From Piromyces finnis finn (taxonomy: Eukaryota; Fungi; Neocallimastigomycota), in the NCBI GenBank assembly GCA_002104945.1, contig MCFH01000027.1:496001-560000 (forward strand): a stretch of 64,000 bases of DNA, read 5' to 3'. The notes under the pieces were generated by a model. That model did not search any database, was not told the DNA's origin, and saw only the letters and a list, made by a program, of their open reading frames with translations. The position numbers and the translations under genes were made by a program. Shown piece by piece: positions 61,827-64,000 of the stretch. Every line of letters begins with the position of its first letter. The stretch's first letter is position 1.

Positions 61827-64000
61827 GGCATCAAATATTTTAAACTTTATTATTAATTTAATTAAAATTATAATACATGAAATATAAAAATTAAAATAAA
61901 ATAAAAATAAAAAAAATATGTTTAAATAAACACAAATGAATAAAAATTGGGTATAATGTATTCTAGTAATTTTAATTAAAGTAAGAAAGCCACTATCATA
62001 CTAAAGTATAATAATTGTATTTGACTTCCAATGGGACACCGAGCCAAAGATCAAAATTTTGTCATGGAACAAAATTATGATCTCCATTGGTTGCGCTGGC
62101 CCTCCTGGCCTGTCTTACTGTTTCTTCAGCATTGACGCTCTTGGATGTTGCTTCAAACCTTTTGAACATTGACCATTGCTGGCCAATAGCAAAAGGCATG
62201 ATTTTGGTTAGAAGTTCCGCGGTTACCGTCAAGAATGGTGCTCCTTCATTAGTACCAGATTGAATCTGACGCTTACAAAGTTCTTTCCATTCCCTTGAAT
62301 TGTAATTAATATTGTTAAAACTTCTTCCCCCAAGAAGGAATTTAAATATTTTACTGCACACACTAGAATAATCATACACATTAATATTCACCGGATTATT
62401 AGAACTATTACTATCATTAACTAAATTACTATCTAAATTAGAATTATTATCTTCACTATTGCTATCATTACTAATATTATTATTTCTATTATTGTTATTA
62501 TTACTATTGTTACTATTACTATTGTTACTATTACTATTGTTACTATTACTATTAATGTTATTACTATCTCTACTGATATTATCAATTTCATTATTATTGA
62601 TAGGACTATTGGAATTACGTTGACTGAAAAAATTTAATAGCTGGACTATGGAATCATAATGTTTAATACGGATATCTCTAAATGTTGGACAATCTAATAA
62701 CCAATGTTTAATACTTTGATCTCCACACTTGCAACATGGACAGTAGTTAGGACAAACTGGATCAACAAATTTAGCAGCTTTGGCAACTCTAGCATCCAAC
62801 TTGTATCCGCTTCTTGCTTTCAATAGCCAGTAGAAGCCATAGGCAAACTCTGGGTACTCATAACATAATTTAATAAAATCTTTAGTTTCAATAAATTTAT
62901 TATCATCATAATATTGCGCTTTGATTGAATTCCCTTTGAGATCTTTCCAATAAAAGTTTTTAACTGCTTTAACATCTCCATGTTTCTTTAATTTTTTATC
63001 AAGTGTCCTACTTGATTTGCACCACGTGTATTTTCTAAATTTAGGAATGTAATTGACAAGGTGTGAGATAATACAATTTGAGTTTTTCCATTTGTTAAAA
63101 CATCTAACCTGAGCTAACGCACATTTGGCTGACAATGGAGGAATATTCAAATCTTTTGAAATAGAGTATAAAGATATAAACGATACAGCTTTATGAACTC
63201 CGGCAACCCATCGTATTCCTTTGTTAACATGCTTCTGAGCAATCCTAGACCTAGCTTTGTTGGATCCAAGTAATGGTGCAAAGTATGAAACTCTGCTAAT
63301 CACTTGTGAGTTAAGTACTAGTTTTTTGAAAGGAATAGGAATATTAGGATTTCTTAAGAATTTACTGACTGAGAAAAGCCCTTTCAAAACCTTGTTATTA
63401 AGAGCTTTAATTACTGGTTTAAGGGACAAATTCTTATCAAATGGAACACCAAGATAAGTATAACAATCAGTAGTTGGAATGGGTTGTCCTGCTAAGTAAA
63501 ATGTTGGATCTCTCTTGTTCTGATTTTCTATTGATTCAGGACGAATCACCATCGTTGAACATTTCTGGATACCAAATTCCATTTCATTATACAATGCCCA
63601 TTCATTAACTCTTCTAAGCATCTTTTTTAAGCATCCTCTTGTTGGAGCACAAATAACTATATCATCTGCAAAAAGTCCACCACAGCATCGAGTGTCACCT
63701 AAACTGACTCCTAGATCTTCGCACTCTCTAAATATATCATTAATAAAGAGATTAAAGAGAATAGGAGAAAGAGGGCAACCTTGACGGACTCCTTTCTTCA
63801 CATCAAAAGATTTCGAGAATTGTCCATCTAATTTGACATTAGCCTTAGATGTTAAATATAAATTTTTGATGAATTGTAAACTCTTACCTCGGATTCCTAA
63901 ACAATCTAATTTATGGAGAATATTACCGATTGGGACTGAATCGTATGCTTTCCTGAGATCTAAAAAGGCCAAATATGTCTCTTTATTATCTAATTGACGT
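61791..64000 (-). mobile_element. Non-LTR retrotransposon (LINE), 3' 2.2 kb; continues past the right edge
   Basis: 33-nt poly(A) (T run 61791-61823), ~240-bp 3' UTR shared with 3675-3910, open RT ORF. Confidence 0.95.
62062..63999 (-). CDS. LINE ORF2 C-terminal part: reverse transcriptase + CCHC zinc knuckle + Asn-rich tail (open at the window edge)
   Basis: AFLDLRKAYDSV, GVRQGCPLSPILF, LFADDIV, YTYLGV, CPCCKCGDQSIKHWLLDC; the frame stays open upstream of 63972 (RQLDNKETYL) to the edge. Confidence 0.95.
   Translation of the reverse strand, partial: RQLDNKETYLAFLDLRKAYDSVPIGNILHKLDCLGIRGKSLQFIKNLYLTSKANVKLDGQFSKSFDVKKGVRQGCPLSPILFNLFINDIFRECEDLGVSLGDTRCCGGLFADDIVICAPTRGCLKKMLRRVNEWALYNEMEFGIQKCSTMVIRPESIENQNKRDPTFYLAGQPIPTTDCYTYLGVPFDKNLSLKPVIKALNNKVLKGLFSVSKFLRNPNIPIPFKKLVLNSQVISRVSYFAPLLGSNKARSRIAQKHVNKGIRWVAGVHKAVSFISLYSISKDLNIPPLSAKCALAQVRCFNKWKNSNCIISHLVNYIPKFRKYTWCKSSRTLDKKLKKHGDVKAVKNFYWKDLKGNSIKAQYYDDNKFIETKDFIKLCYEYPEFAYGFYWLLKARSGYKLDARVAKAAKFVDPVCPNYCPCCKCGDQSIKHWLLDCPTFRDIRIKHYDSIVQLLNFFSQRNSNSPINNNEIDNISRDSNNINSNSNNSNSNNSNSNNSNNNNNRNNNISNDSNSEDNNSNLDSNLVNDSNSSNNPVNINVYDYSSVCSKIFKFLLGGRSFNNINYNSREWKELCKRQIQSGTNEGAPFLTVTAELLTKIMPFAIGQQWSMFKRFEATSKSVNAEETVRQARRASATNGDHNFVP

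Noticed and set aside
61493-61834. 113-aa ORF beginning MMPLKKKKKK fused to RT sequence
   Set aside because: Chance read-through of the upstream element's poly(A) into the RT fragment; not a gene.

Overview
Extremely AT-rich, intron-containing eukaryotic DNA with long homopolymers and (AAT)n tracts, most consistent with an anaerobic gut fungus (Neocallimastigomycota; inferred from composition and gene style). Left to right: a secreted protein with 24-aa tandem repeats (runs off the left edge), a decayed 5'-truncated LINE with a 12-bp TSD, a divergent casein kinase 1 gene with a possible -1 frameshift, an intact very young Ty1/copia element (identical 236-bp LTRs, GATAC TSD), a full-size ABCA transporter, COG3, an ankyrin-repeat relic, a 2066-aa MLKL-like four-helix-bundle + pseudokinase + LRR protein, a ~19-exon gene resembling the N-terminal solenoid of animal Nup358/RanBP2, and a LINE inserted next to or into a copy of itself (runs off the right edge). 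Top candidates for novelty: (1) the single-chain 4HB-pseudokinase-LRR protein, a possible fungal cell-death/immune sensor-executor; (2) a Nup358-NTD-only homologue outside animals; (3) a copia primer-binding site complementary to the anticodon arm of tRNA-Lys(CUU), implying half-tRNA-Lys priming. All homology calls were made by eye against sequences recalled from memory and need HMM or structure confirmation. Gene models are manual.
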